DNA of 64,000 nt, taken from assembly GCA_020636545.1 (NCBI GenBank), contig JACJXS010000010.1:9611-73610 (forward strand). The letters run 5' to 3'. The notes under the pieces are model-generated. The model was not told the DNA's origin and did not search any database. It saw only the letters and a list, made by a program, of their open reading frames with translations. The stretch's first letter is position 1; every line of letters starts with the position of its first letter. Shown here in pieces: positions 40,542-49,464 of the stretch. The DNA is from Chitinophagales bacterium (GTDB taxonomy: Bacteria; Bacteroidota; Bacteroidia; Chitinophagales; JADIYW01). The position numbers and the translations under genes are program-made.

Positions 40542-41144
40542 CTATTTCCAATTCAATGAATTGATAATATGCACGACATCATTTCTAAAATATTGAATGG
40601 CTGGAGCTATTGAGTCAATATTCGGTGCAACATTAAAATACAATGAGCCTCGAAGAAAATTCTTAGTACTGTCGGTAACATAAAATTGTACGCCAGATGC
40701 CGCATTTCCGCCTACATCATAAATAATTCCTGATACTTTTGGATTTCTTCCTTTTACAATTGTTTCATCAATATAATCTGCTCGAATAGTGTGTTTGAAA
40801 GTAAGTTTATAGCTGTCTTTTATTAACTTATCTAAAGTATTGGAGCTAGAAATCTCTGTATAACTTAAATAAATTTTAGCATTATAATCTTTATAATTTA
40901 TATTTAGCCAACAAGGATGACTGTGTGCTTCGTTCAAATCATTACTATCATACTCAATCTGTCCAAAATCAGCATAATCAAAAGTAAATGGACAACTTGC
41001 TGAATTGTAAGTTATAAAATTCCGTTCTTTTGGAAAATCTATTCTAAAATAACCTGAACGTTTTGGGGTATAATTTGTTTTGCAAGAAATTGCAAAAAAC
41101 AAAATCAAAAGACTATAAATTCCTAATTGTTTATTTGTAAACAT
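40542..41144 (-). CDS. gldD: gliding motility lipoprotein GldD
   Basis: 200 aa with lipobox FAISC followed by PKRSGYFRIDFP. It lies immediately downstream of gldE, the arrangement known from Flavobacterium johnsoniae. Confidence 0.7.
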   Translation of the reverse strand: MFTNKQLGIYSLLILFFAISCKTNYTPKRSGYFRIDFPKERNFITYNSASCPFTFDYADFGQIEYDSNDLNEAHSHPCWLNINYKDYNAKIYLSYTEISSSNTLDKLIKDSYKLTFKHTIRADYIDETIVKGRNPKVSGIIYDVGGNAASGVQFYVTDSTKNFLRGSLYFNVAPNIDSIAPAIQYFRNDVVHIINSLNWK

Positions 41145-41149
41145 AATTT

Positions 41150-42481
41150 TTATTTGATAACTATCTTAACTCGAATAATTCTCGTGTCATTCGCCTCCAA
41201 GATAATAAAATTATAGTTCTTATAAGTTAATTCATCTCCTTCTTTAGGAATATCATGGTTGAGTTCTAATACCAATCCAGCTAACGAATCGGAATCGCCT
41301 CTTATCTCATCAAATACATCATCTTTGATATCCAAAACTTTATAAATATCATTAATTGCAGTTCTTGCTTCAAAAATATAGTTGTTGTTGTCTATTTTCT
41401 TAAAGTCAATTTCAGCAACATCATCAAATTCATCTTTAATCTCTCCAATTACTTCTTCCAAAACATCTTCGAGGGTAACAATTCCGAGCGTACCGCCATA
41501 TTCATCTACAATGACTGCCATGTGAATCCTTTTGTTTTGAAAATCTTCTAATAAGTCATCTATTTTCTTGCTAACTGGAACAAAAAAGGCTGGTTTTATC
41601 AATTTTTGCCAATCAAAACTATCTGTTTCATCTAAATAAAGTAATAAATCTTTTGCATAAATAATACCTGAAATTTTATCAATACTTTCTTCATAAACTG
41701 GAATTCTAGAATAACCAGAATCTTTAACCATTGCCAAAAGTTGGCTTAGTGTAATGCTTTTATCTACCGCCACTACATCTATACGTGAACGCATAATTTG
41801 AGAAACCGTAATGTTTCCAAATTTGATTAAACCTTTTAAAATTTGTGAGTCTTTCTTTTTATGTTCATCTGCAGTGGTATTGTCAATGGCATCATCAATA
41901 TCCTCGGCAGTCAAATTATTGGAATTGTTTTCCATTTGTTTATCAATCAATTCAGCAATAACTACAAATAATTTTGTAAATGGCTTGAAAAGAATATTAA
42001 AAAACCAAACTAAATAAATCAATCTTTTGCTCCATTTTAAATTATGTTTTCTTCCATAAATTCTTGGAATTATTTCAACAAAAAATAATAAGCACAAAGT
42101 GAGTATTAGCCATCTTAAAAACAGATATATTCCTCTATTTTCTATTTGATTGGACGAATAAAACCAAGTACTAAAAAGATTTTCTGTGAGTAGGACAATT
42201 CCAAAACAAAAAAAAGTAATTGCAAATAAATAAGTTGCTAGGAGTTGTTTAGGTTTTTGAATAAATTGTTCTAAGATTTTATATTTTTTACGCTGTTGCT
42301 TTCTAATTTGAGTAACCTGTTGTTGATTTAAAGAGAAAACTGCATACTTTGAAATACTTACGAACATTGCCAGAAAAAGCAATATAAATATTCCAAAAAT
42401 TTGAATATAAAATGTAGGTAAAACTACAAAGCTAAAAAAAGAAATTACCGAGATTATCTGTATGGGTATATCGTCGCTCAA
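41150..42481 (-). CDS. gldE: gliding motility-associated protein GldE (CNNM/CorC-type: TM domain + CBS pair + CorC_HlyC)
   Basis: N-terminal TM region, a CBS pair (IMRSRIDVVAV... / YSRIPVYEE), IHMAVIVDEYGGTLGIVTLEDVLEEVIGEI, and synteny with ssb and mutY. TTG start is uncertain. Confidence 0.8.
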   Translation of the reverse strand: MSDDIPIQIISVISFFSFVVLPTFYIQIFGIFILLFLAMFVSISKYAVFSLNQQQVTQIRKQQRKKYKILEQFIQKPKQLLATYLFAITFFCFGIVLLTENLFSTWFYSSNQIENRGIYLFLRWLILTLCLLFFVEIIPRIYGRKHNLKWSKRLIYLVWFFNILFKPFTKLFVVIAELIDKQMENNSNNLTAEDIDDAIDNTTADEHKKKDSQILKGLIKFGNITVSQIMRSRIDVVAVDKSITLSQLLAMVKDSGYSRIPVYEESIDKISGIIYAKDLLLYLDETDSFDWQKLIKPAFFVPVSKKIDDLLEDFQNKRIHMAVIVDEYGGTLGIVTLEDVLEEVIGEIKDEFDDVAEIDFKKIDNNNYIFEARTAINDIYKVLDIKDDVFDEIRGDSDSLAGLVLELNHDIPKEGDELTYKNYNFIILEANDTRIIRVKIVIK

Positions 42482-42496
42482 AACTTATCAATTAAA

Positions 42497-42928
42497 TTAA
42501 AATGGCAAATCGTCATTTTGTACACCTTGCTCCAAATCAGTGTCTGGTCTGTCTAAATGTTCTCCTGGTTGCGTATCTGCATTAGCAACATTGCCATCTT
42601 GTTTTTTCTCCAAAAGTTGAAAATTTTCCACCACAATCTCCGTTGAGTATCTTTTATTGCCTTCTTTATCGTCCCAAGAACGTGTTTTTATTTTACCTTC
42701 GATAAAAACATTATTTCCTTTTTTTAAAATTCTTTCAGCACGTTCAGCCACACCACGCCACATTACAATATTATGCCATTCGGTTTGTTCTAAATAAGTT
42801 CCATCTTCCTTTTTATAAAATTCTTTTGTAGCTAGCGGAAAATTACAAACTGTTGCATTTGTGCTTAATTTACGAACTTCTGGGTCTTTTCCCAATCTCC
42901 CTATTAGAATTACTTTATTGACACTCAT
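42497..42928 (-). CDS. ssb: single-stranded DNA-binding protein
   Basis: MSVNKVILIGRLGKDPEVR OB fold and an acidic tail ending DDLPF. Confidence 0.95.
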   Translation of the reverse strand: MSVNKVILIGRLGKDPEVRKLSTNATVCNFPLATKEFYKKEDGTYLEQTEWHNIVMWRGVAERAERILKKGNNVFIEGKIKTRSWDDKEGNKRYSTEIVVENFQLLEKKQDGNVANADTQPGEHLDRPDTDLEQGVQNDDLPF

Positions 42929-42962
42929 CTTAATTTTCGTTTAGTTATGGCTTAATATACAT

Positions 42963-44000
42963 CTAAGATAAATATAATTCTTCACATTTCAAATAATCTA
43001 AAATTATTTTTGGGAAAGCATAGTTTTTTATTTCGGAAATATCTATTTCAATAGCATTTACTCCACTTGTAAAATTTTTAAAAGAATTGAGTTTATAAAA
43101 ATAGGCATTTATTTTTTGGTGTGTCAATAATTGTTTAAATACAATAGGTTCAGGCATTTTAGTTTTGATAGAAAACAACTTTAAATATTCATTTCCTAAC
43201 AAATTACTTTCAGTTTCAATATTTGGAAAATCGTACAATAATTTCCAAATATCATTTTTGGTTCGCTGTTGGATAATAATTTTATTTTTTTCAATAAGCA
43301 CAAAAAAATGTAAGTGCCTTTCTTTTTTAATCATTTTTTTAGATTTCACTGGCAATTGTTCAATTGTATTAGAATGATATGCTACACATTCTGATACAAA
43401 AGGACAATCTTTACATTTTGGCTTTTTTGGAGTACAAACTAATGCTCCAAAATCCATCATTCCTTGATTATGTTCTCCTGGCTTTTTTTTATTAATTAAA
43501 GATTGTGCTTTTTCTTGAAAATATTTTTTTCCAATTGTTGTATCAATCGGAATAGTAATTCCAAAATATCTGGCTAAAAATCGATAAACATTACCATCGA
43601 CTACCGCATTCGGCAATCCAAATGCAAATGAAGCAATAGCTGCCGCTGTATAATCTCCAATACCTTTTAATGTTCTCAAATCATGATACGAATTAGGAAA
43701 TTTGCCTCCAAAATTATCTCTAATATTTTGAGCAGTAACATACATATTCCTTGCTCTTGAATAATACCCTAATCCTTCCCATAATTTTAAAATTTCAGTA
43801 ATATCTGCATTTGCAAAATCAATAATTGTTGGATATTGACTGATAAATTTCAAATAATAGGGCAATCCTTGTTCCACTCGAGTTTGTTGAAGAATAATTT
43901 CGGAAAGCCAAATTTGATATGGGTCAACGTTTTCCTTCCAAGGCAATGCTCTCTTATGGTCTGAATACCACTCTATTAGCTTTTTGTTAAAATTTGTCAT
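42963..44000 (-). CDS. mutY: A/G-specific adenine DNA glycosylase
   Basis: HhH-GPD blocks (WLSEIILQQTRV, LKGIGDYTAAAI), the 4Cys cluster CTPKKPKCKDCPFVSEC, and a C-terminal NUDIX-like domain. Confidence 0.9.
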   Translation of the reverse strand: MTNFNKKLIEWYSDHKRALPWKENVDPYQIWLSEIILQQTRVEQGLPYYLKFISQYPTIIDFANADITEILKLWEGLGYYSRARNMYVTAQNIRDNFGGKFPNSYHDLRTLKGIGDYTAAAIASFAFGLPNAVVDGNVYRFLARYFGITIPIDTTIGKKYFQEKAQSLINKKKPGEHNQGMMDFGALVCTPKKPKCKDCPFVSECVAYHSNTIEQLPVKSKKMIKKERHLHFFVLIEKNKIIIQQRTKNDIWKLLYDFPNIETESNLLGNEYLKLFSIKTKMPEPIVFKQLLTHQKINAYFYKLNSFKNFTSGVNAIEIDISEIKNYAFPKIILDYLKCEELYLS

Positions 44001-44090
44001 TCAATTTAATATAAACTAAACCATAAATAATGTTAGAAATTTCTTTTATCAGTACAAATTTCGCAATTTTGTCGCTAATATTAATTAGTT

Positions 44091-44384
44091 ATGAGAAAAG
44101 CAGATATTATTTCTACAATTGCTGAAAAAACAGGTGTACCAAAAGTAGATGTTATTATTACAGTTGAATCTTTTATCAAAGAAGTTAAAGATTCTTTAGC
44201 ACAAGGTGAAAATCTTTATATCAGAGGATTTGGTAGTTTTATTAGAAAAACAAGAAAAGCTAAAATTGGTAGAAATATCAAAAAAAATACAGCAATTGAA
44301 ATCCCTGAACACGATATTCCAGCATTCAAACCTTCTAAGCAATTCTTAGATCAAATTAAGAATAATAGCATTAAAAAGAAATAA
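44091..44384 (+). CDS. HU/IHF family DNA-binding protein
   Basis: 97 aa; IRGFGSF..K.R.A..GRN..K.TAIEIPEH..P.FKPSK. Confidence 0.9.
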   Translation: MRKADIISTIAEKTGVPKVDVIITVESFIKEVKDSLAQGENLYIRGFGSFIRKTRKAKIGRNIKKNTAIEIPEHDIPAFKPSKQFLDQIKNNSIKKK

Positions 44385-44387
44385 GCT

Positions 44388-45209
44388 TTGGGAAAAGCAC
44401 AATGGATATTAGTATCAGTTGCTATTCTTGTTGGTGCAAGTCTATATTTTTTAGGTAGAACAACCACTAAAGAAAAAGAAGCAAGTGTAAATGCAACTAC
44501 TGTTGCAAAGACAACAACTATTGATTTTAAAGCAATAGAAGCAACCTTCATACAAAAAAATGAAGTTCCAGATACTTTAAAAATTATTTTAGAACAATAC
44601 AAAAATAATCCAAAAGATACCAATGTACTACTTGATTTAGCATTAGCTTATAGAAGTATGCATCAAGCACATTTGGCAGGACATTATTTTTATGAATTGG
44701 CAGAAGTTCAAAATAATCCAATTTATTATGAAAGAGCTGGAAATGCATTTCTAAATGCACAACGAGAAAATATTGATACAAGTATTTCAGATAATTTGCT
44801 TACCTTTGCAGTCCAATCTTTGGAAAAAGCCATAGCTATAGAGCCAAATAGTGTTTCTGCAAAAATGTTATTAGGTACAGCTTATGTAGAAAGTGGCTTA
44901 GAACCAATGAAAGGAGTAGGATTATTGAAAGAAGTAGCAGATGCAGATCCTAATAATTTGGAAGCTCAAATTTTATTAGGTAGATTTTCACTACAATCAG
45001 GTCAATATGACAAAGCCAAAGAAAGATTGGACGCTGTTTTGAAAAAAGAGCCAAATAATACCGAAGCTATTTACTTTTTAGCATTTACGGAGGCAGAATT
45101 AGGCAACAAAAAGCGTGCATTAGAATTGATAGAATTATGTAAAAGTTTGGTCAATAATCCAGACTTTGACAAAGAAATAGAACATTTTGTTAAAGAATTA
45201 AAAAAATAA
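44388..45209 (+). CDS. tetratricopeptide repeat protein with N-terminal membrane anchor
   Basis: 273 aa with repeated A..Y..A/L...G helical pairs. TTG start. Confidence 0.65.
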   Translation: MGKAQWILVSVAILVGASLYFLGRTTTKEKEASVNATTVAKTTTIDFKAIEATFIQKNEVPDTLKIILEQYKNNPKDTNVLLDLALAYRSMHQAHLAGHYFYELAEVQNNPIYYERAGNAFLNAQRENIDTSISDNLLTFAVQSLEKAIAIEPNSVSAKMLLGTAYVESGLEPMKGVGLLKEVADADPNNLEAQILLGRFSLQSGQYDKAKERLDAVLKKEPNNTEAIYFLAFTEAELGNKKRALELIELCKSLVNNPDFDKEIEHFVKELKK

Positions 45210-45214
45210 AAATT

Positions 45215-45307
45215 ATGCCTTCAGGAAAGAAAAGAAAAAGACATAAGATTTCTACGCACAAGAGAAAGAAAAGACTTAGAAAAAACAGACATAAGAAGAA
45301 AAAATAA
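45215..45307 (+). CDS. 30-aa polybasic micro-protein (bS22-like tiny ribosomal-protein candidate)
   Basis: ATG...TAA ORF absent from the supplied track: MPSGKKRKRHKISTHKRKKRLRKNRHKKKK, with 20 of 30 residues Lys or Arg. It sits in the 123-nt gap between the TPR gene and rng. Confidence 0.5.
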   Translation: MPSGKKRKRHKISTHKRKKRLRKNRHKKKK

Positions 45308-45335
45308 TACCTAATTATTCACTAAAAATTATGTG

Positions 45336-46880
45336 ATGATAAGAGAATTAGTATTACATACTAATTCCAAAGGTGTTGAAATTGCGCTTCTAGAAAATAA
45401 GAAATTAGTCGAATATCATTTAGATGTCAATGAAAATGATGGCTGTGCTGCTGGAAATATCTATTTAGGTAAAATTAAAAAGTTAAATCCTGCATTAAAT
45501 GCTGCATTTGTGGACATCGGACACGATAAAGACGCATTTGTACATTACTCAGATTTAAGTCCATATATTAAAAGCATAAAAGCATTTTCGCTTAATGCTC
45601 GGAACACAGCAGGTGCAACATCTTTGGATAATTTTATCAATGAACCACTCATTGATAAAGATGGTAAAATTGAAGAGATCTTTAGTAAAGGTGATTTATT
45701 GATATTTGAAGTTGCTAAAGAAGCCATCTCAACAAAAGGGCCAAGACTAACTTGTGAAATTTCATTTCCAGGAAGATATATTGTACTTACGCCATTCAAT
45801 ACTTCAATCGGTATAAGCAAAAAAATTAGCGACGAGCAAGAACGACAACGCCTTACAAATATTTGTGAAAAATATAAACCAACTGGTTTTGGTATCATTG
45901 TTCGCACGAATGCTCAAGATATTTCAGAAGAAGAACTTGCAAAAAATATCGATCTACTACATAAGCGTTGGATAAAAATGTCCAACAATATGTATGCTCA
46001 ACAAAAACCTTTGAGATTACATAAAGAAATGAGTAAAAGCATTTCTATTGTTAGAGATTTACTGAACGATAGTTTTGAACGAATTATTACCGATGATGAG
46101 CAAATGTTAGGCGAGTTAAAAACTTATATTGAGGAAAATATTCCTGATAAAACACAGTTGTTAAACCTCCACCAATCTCACTCACCGATTTTTGAAGAAT
46201 ATGATATAAGCAGACAAGTGAAAACAGCATTCGGAAAAATAGTTACCCTAAAAAGCGGAGCATATCTGATTATAGAACACACGGAAGCATTACACGTTGT
46301 TGATGTGAATAGTGGTCCAAAGATAAAAAAGGATATTGACCAAGATACTAATGCATTTAATATAAATTCAGAAGCAGCACAAGAAGTTGCAAGACAGCTA
46401 AGACTCCGAAATATTGGTGGCATTATCGTTATTGATTTTATAGATATGAAATCTGCTTCGTATAAAGCTAAGATATTGGAAATCATGCAAGAAGCGATGA
46501 AAACAGACAAAGCGAAGCATGTTATTTTACCAATTAGCAAATTTGGATTAATGGAAATTACACGACAACGTGTTAAAGAACAAGTTACCATTGATGTTGC
46601 AGAAGATATTGTAAGCAATCATGCAAAAGTTGAAGAACCTCTCCAAATTATAGATTTAATTTATAATGATTTAGATAGATTGAATAATCATCAATCCAAA
46701 AGTTTCTTGCTTTATGTACATCCTTTTATTTATGCATTTTTGAAAAAAGGAACACTTTCATTTAGAATGAAATGGTTTAGCAAAACCAATAAATGGATAA
46801 AGTTGGTACAAGATAGTAGTTTGCGATTAGCTGAATATAAATTATTGATACAAGATTCAGGTGAAAAAGCATTTAAATGA
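45336..46880 (+). CDS. rng: Rne/Rng family ribonuclease (RNase G-like)
   Basis: S1 domain GNIYLGKIKKLNPALNAAFVDIG, and catalytic-core blocks ALHVVDVNSG and GGIIVIDFIDM. Confidence 0.85.
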   Translation: MIRELVLHTNSKGVEIALLENKKLVEYHLDVNENDGCAAGNIYLGKIKKLNPALNAAFVDIGHDKDAFVHYSDLSPYIKSIKAFSLNARNTAGATSLDNFINEPLIDKDGKIEEIFSKGDLLIFEVAKEAISTKGPRLTCEISFPGRYIVLTPFNTSIGISKKISDEQERQRLTNICEKYKPTGFGIIVRTNAQDISEEELAKNIDLLHKRWIKMSNNMYAQQKPLRLHKEMSKSISIVRDLLNDSFERIITDDEQMLGELKTYIEENIPDKTQLLNLHQSHSPIFEEYDISRQVKTAFGKIVTLKSGAYLIIEHTEALHVVDVNSGPKIKKDIDQDTNAFNINSEAAQEVARQLRLRNIGGIIVIDFIDMKSASYKAKILEIMQEAMKTDKAKHVILPISKFGLMEITRQRVKEQVTIDVAEDIVSNHAKVEEPLQIIDLIYNDLDRLNNHQSKSFLLYVHPFIYAFLKKGTLSFRMKWFSKTNKWIKLVQDSSLRLAEYKLLIQDSGEKAFK

Positions 46881-46893
46881 TTAAATTAGTCCA

Positions 46894-47496
46894 ATGAATA
46901 AAAAGACATTAGCCTTATTAATAATCTCTATCCTAATTTTATTAGATCAAGCAAGTAAGATATACATTAAGCTGACGATGTATATGGGTGAGCATTTCTT
47001 TTATTTAGGCGATTGGGCAAGTATTCATTTTGTTGAAAATGAAGGTATGGCTTTTGGTTTGAGCTTTGGTGGTGGCATTGGAAAAATACTTTTAACTACT
47101 TTTAGAATCGTTGTTGTTAGCTTTATTGCCTATTATATTTTCCATCAGATTAAGCAAAATAAGGCAAATAGTTTTTTCATTATTTGTTTATCCATAATAT
47201 TCGCTGGAGCTATTGGAAATATTATAGATAGTATTTTTTATGGTGTAATATTTAATGAAAGTACACCCATGCAAATTGCTACTATCTTTCCAGAGCAAGG
47301 TTATGCTCCATTATTAAAAGGAAAAGTAGTTGATATGTTTTACTTTCCACTTTATCAAGGAAATTTACCTGAGTGGGTTCCAATTTTTGGTGGTAAAGCC
47401 GTAGATTTTTTTCCTTATATATTTAATTTAGCTGACGCTTATATTACAGTCGGTGTTGCTTTATTACTTATCTTCCAAAAGAAGATATTGCATTAA
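46894..47496 (+). CDS. lspA: lipoprotein signal peptidase (signal peptidase II)
   Basis: NEGMAFG, GAIGNIIDS, VVDMFYF and FNLADAYITVG blocks. Confidence 0.9.
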   Translation: MNKKTLALLIISILILLDQASKIYIKLTMYMGEHFFYLGDWASIHFVENEGMAFGLSFGGGIGKILLTTFRIVVVSFIAYYIFHQIKQNKANSFFIICLSIIFAGAIGNIIDSIFYGVIFNESTPMQIATIFPEQGYAPLLKGKVVDMFYFPLYQGNLPEWVPIFGGKAVDFFPYIFNLADAYITVGVALLLIFQKKILH

Positions 47497-47510
47497 ATAG
47501 ATTATACTTC

Positions 47511-48326
47511 TTAATCAAAAATTCGAGCTTCTTCTAGTTTAATATCTTTGCCATAAAACATTCTTGTCGTTTGTGCGAAAGTTTCAGTATAGTCTGAAAC
47601 AAAAAACTGATGTTCTTCTTCAGATTTTTCATAACGAATAATACCTTCAGAAATCATATACTGTTTTACGTAAGCACCGACAATTTCATTAGTTGCTAGA
47701 ACATCAACTTGAAGATTTTGCTGCTTATAATAATCTTCAATTTCCTTTTTAATTAAAGGATAATGCGTACATCCTAATACAAGTGTATCAATATCTTGAA
47801 TTTCAGGTTTAAGCAGGTAGTCTTCAATAATCAATTGACTGATTTGCCCATTTATAAATCCAGTTTCAATCATTGAAGCCAATAGCGGAGTCGCTAATTG
47901 CTTAACCTTAATTTTAGCATTTTGTTCTTTGATTTTGATTTTATAGATATTAGAACCAATAGTTCCAATAGTTCCAATCACACCAACTTTTTTATAGCCT
48001 TTGTTGATAATGTATTCAACAACTGGGTCGATTACATTAATTACAAATACATCTTTCGGGACAATTTTTTGTAACAAATCGTAAGCTACAGCTGATGCCG
48101 TATTACAAGCAATTACAATAACTTTACAATTTTTAGAAGATAAAAAATTAGTGATATTTTTAGCATAATACTGAATAGCACTTGCTGACTTATCGCCATA
48201 GGGCAAATGGGCAGTATCACCAAAATAAATTATTCTTTCATTGGGTAATTCATGTAAAATAGCATTGGCGACCGTTAAGCCGCCAATACCTGAGTCAAAA
48301 ATTCCAATTGAAGTATTAGAATCCAT
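47511..48326 (-). CDS. murI: glutamate racemase
   Basis: IGIFDSGIGGLTV, ACNTASA and LGCTHYPL blocks. Confidence 0.9.
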   Translation of the reverse strand: MDSNTSIGIFDSGIGGLTVANAILHELPNERIIYFGDTAHLPYGDKSASAIQYYAKNITNFLSSKNCKVIVIACNTASAVAYDLLQKIVPKDVFVINVIDPVVEYIINKGYKKVGVIGTIGTIGSNIYKIKIKEQNAKIKVKQLATPLLASMIETGFINGQISQLIIEDYLLKPEIQDIDTLVLGCTHYPLIKKEIEDYYKQQNLQVDVLATNEIVGAYVKQYMISEGIIRYEKSEEEHQFFVSDYTETFAQTTRMFYGKDIKLEEARIFD

Positions 48327-48341
48327 ATCTCGAAAATTTTA

Positions 48342-48887
48342 TTATTTTGGTGTAGTGCTAGTTTTAGGAGCTGGAGTATCTTTGATATTCAAAGCATTTT
48401 TTACCAATGGCAATACATTATCACTTTCTATTGCATACAATAAAGCTTGTGAACTTGTATCAAAGATATAAGTATATCCATTGTTTTTAGCCACTGTAGA
48501 AATTGCATCATTTAATTTCTTCAAGATTGGGTCAAATAAAGCTTGTCTTTTTTTATCAATTTTAGCATCTGCTGCTTCTTGAAAATCAGTAATTCTTTTT
48601 TCTAAATCTTGTAAATCTTTAACGATTAATTCTTCTTGTTCTGGTGTTAATAAACCCTTTTGTTTTTTGGAAGATGCATCTGCTGCTTTTGCATCATACT
48701 CTGTGTACATTTTATTGATTAAGCCATCTAATTCTACCGCATATTTCTGAATTGCAGAATCTGCTGCTTGAGCTTCTGGCATCAAACTAATAATTTCCAT
48801 AGAGTTCATATAGCCAAATTTATTTTCAGCTAAAGTTGTACCTGCAAATAAAGTTACCAATGCAAATAATAAAAATAATTTCCTCAT
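48342..48887 (-). CDS. OmpH/Skp family periplasmic chaperone
   Basis: Signal peptide, coiled-coil Q/K/E-rich middle region, and position downstream of bamA. Confidence 0.8.
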   Translation of the reverse strand: MRKLFLLFALVTLFAGTTLAENKFGYMNSMEIISLMPEAQAADSAIQKYAVELDGLINKMYTEYDAKAADASSKKQKGLLTPEQEELIVKDLQDLEKRITDFQEAADAKIDKKRQALFDPILKKLNDAISTVAKNNGYTYIFDTSSQALLYAIESDNVLPLVKNALNIKDTPAPKTSTTPK

Positions 48888-48941
48888 TTCTTTCTGTTGT
48901 TTAGTTGTTGTTATTTAATTGATTTATTTATAATTTAATGT

Positions 48942-49454
48942 TTATAGTCCTAATTTTTTAATGACTTCTTCGCTCACATCATATTTTGGATTAGTATATA
49001 ACATAGTTGCTCCGCCAGATGCTTTGTCAAAGATAAAATCGTAAGCTCTTTGTTCTGCAATTTTTTGTACAGCATCAAAAACTTTATCTTGAATGGGTTG
49101 AATTAATTCTTTTCTCTTAGTGAACAAATCGCCTTCAAACCCAAAACGTTTCTTTTGTAAATCTTGTATTTCATTTTCTGCTTTTATGATTTCATCTTCT
49201 CTTTGCTTTTTCAAATCATTGGTCAATAAAAATGATTCTGCATCATACTTTGAATACATCTTGTCCAATTGCTCAGATTTGGTGTCAATTTCTTTCTGCC
49301 ATTGTGCTGCTTGATTGTCTAATAATGATTGTGCTTTAGTATATTCTGGTAATTTATCCAAAATATATTTGGTATCAATATAAGCAAATCTTTGTGCCAT
49401 AGCAGAACTCGCTACCATAACAAACAATCCAAATAATAAAAATACTTTTTTCAT
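48942..49454 (-). CDS. OmpH/Skp family periplasmic chaperone
   Basis: MKKVFLLFGLFVMVASSAMAQRFAYID... and a paralogue of the neighbouring gene. The start is moved to the Met at 49454. Confidence 0.8.
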   Translation of the reverse strand: MKKVFLLFGLFVMVASSAMAQRFAYIDTKYILDKLPEYTKAQSLLDNQAAQWQKEIDTKSEQLDKMYSKYDAESFLLTNDLKKQREDEIIKAENEIQDLQKKRFGFEGDLFTKRKELIQPIQDKVFDAVQKIAEQRAYDFIFDKASGGATMLYTNPKYDVSEEVIKKLGL

Positions 49455-49464
49455 AATTAAAATT

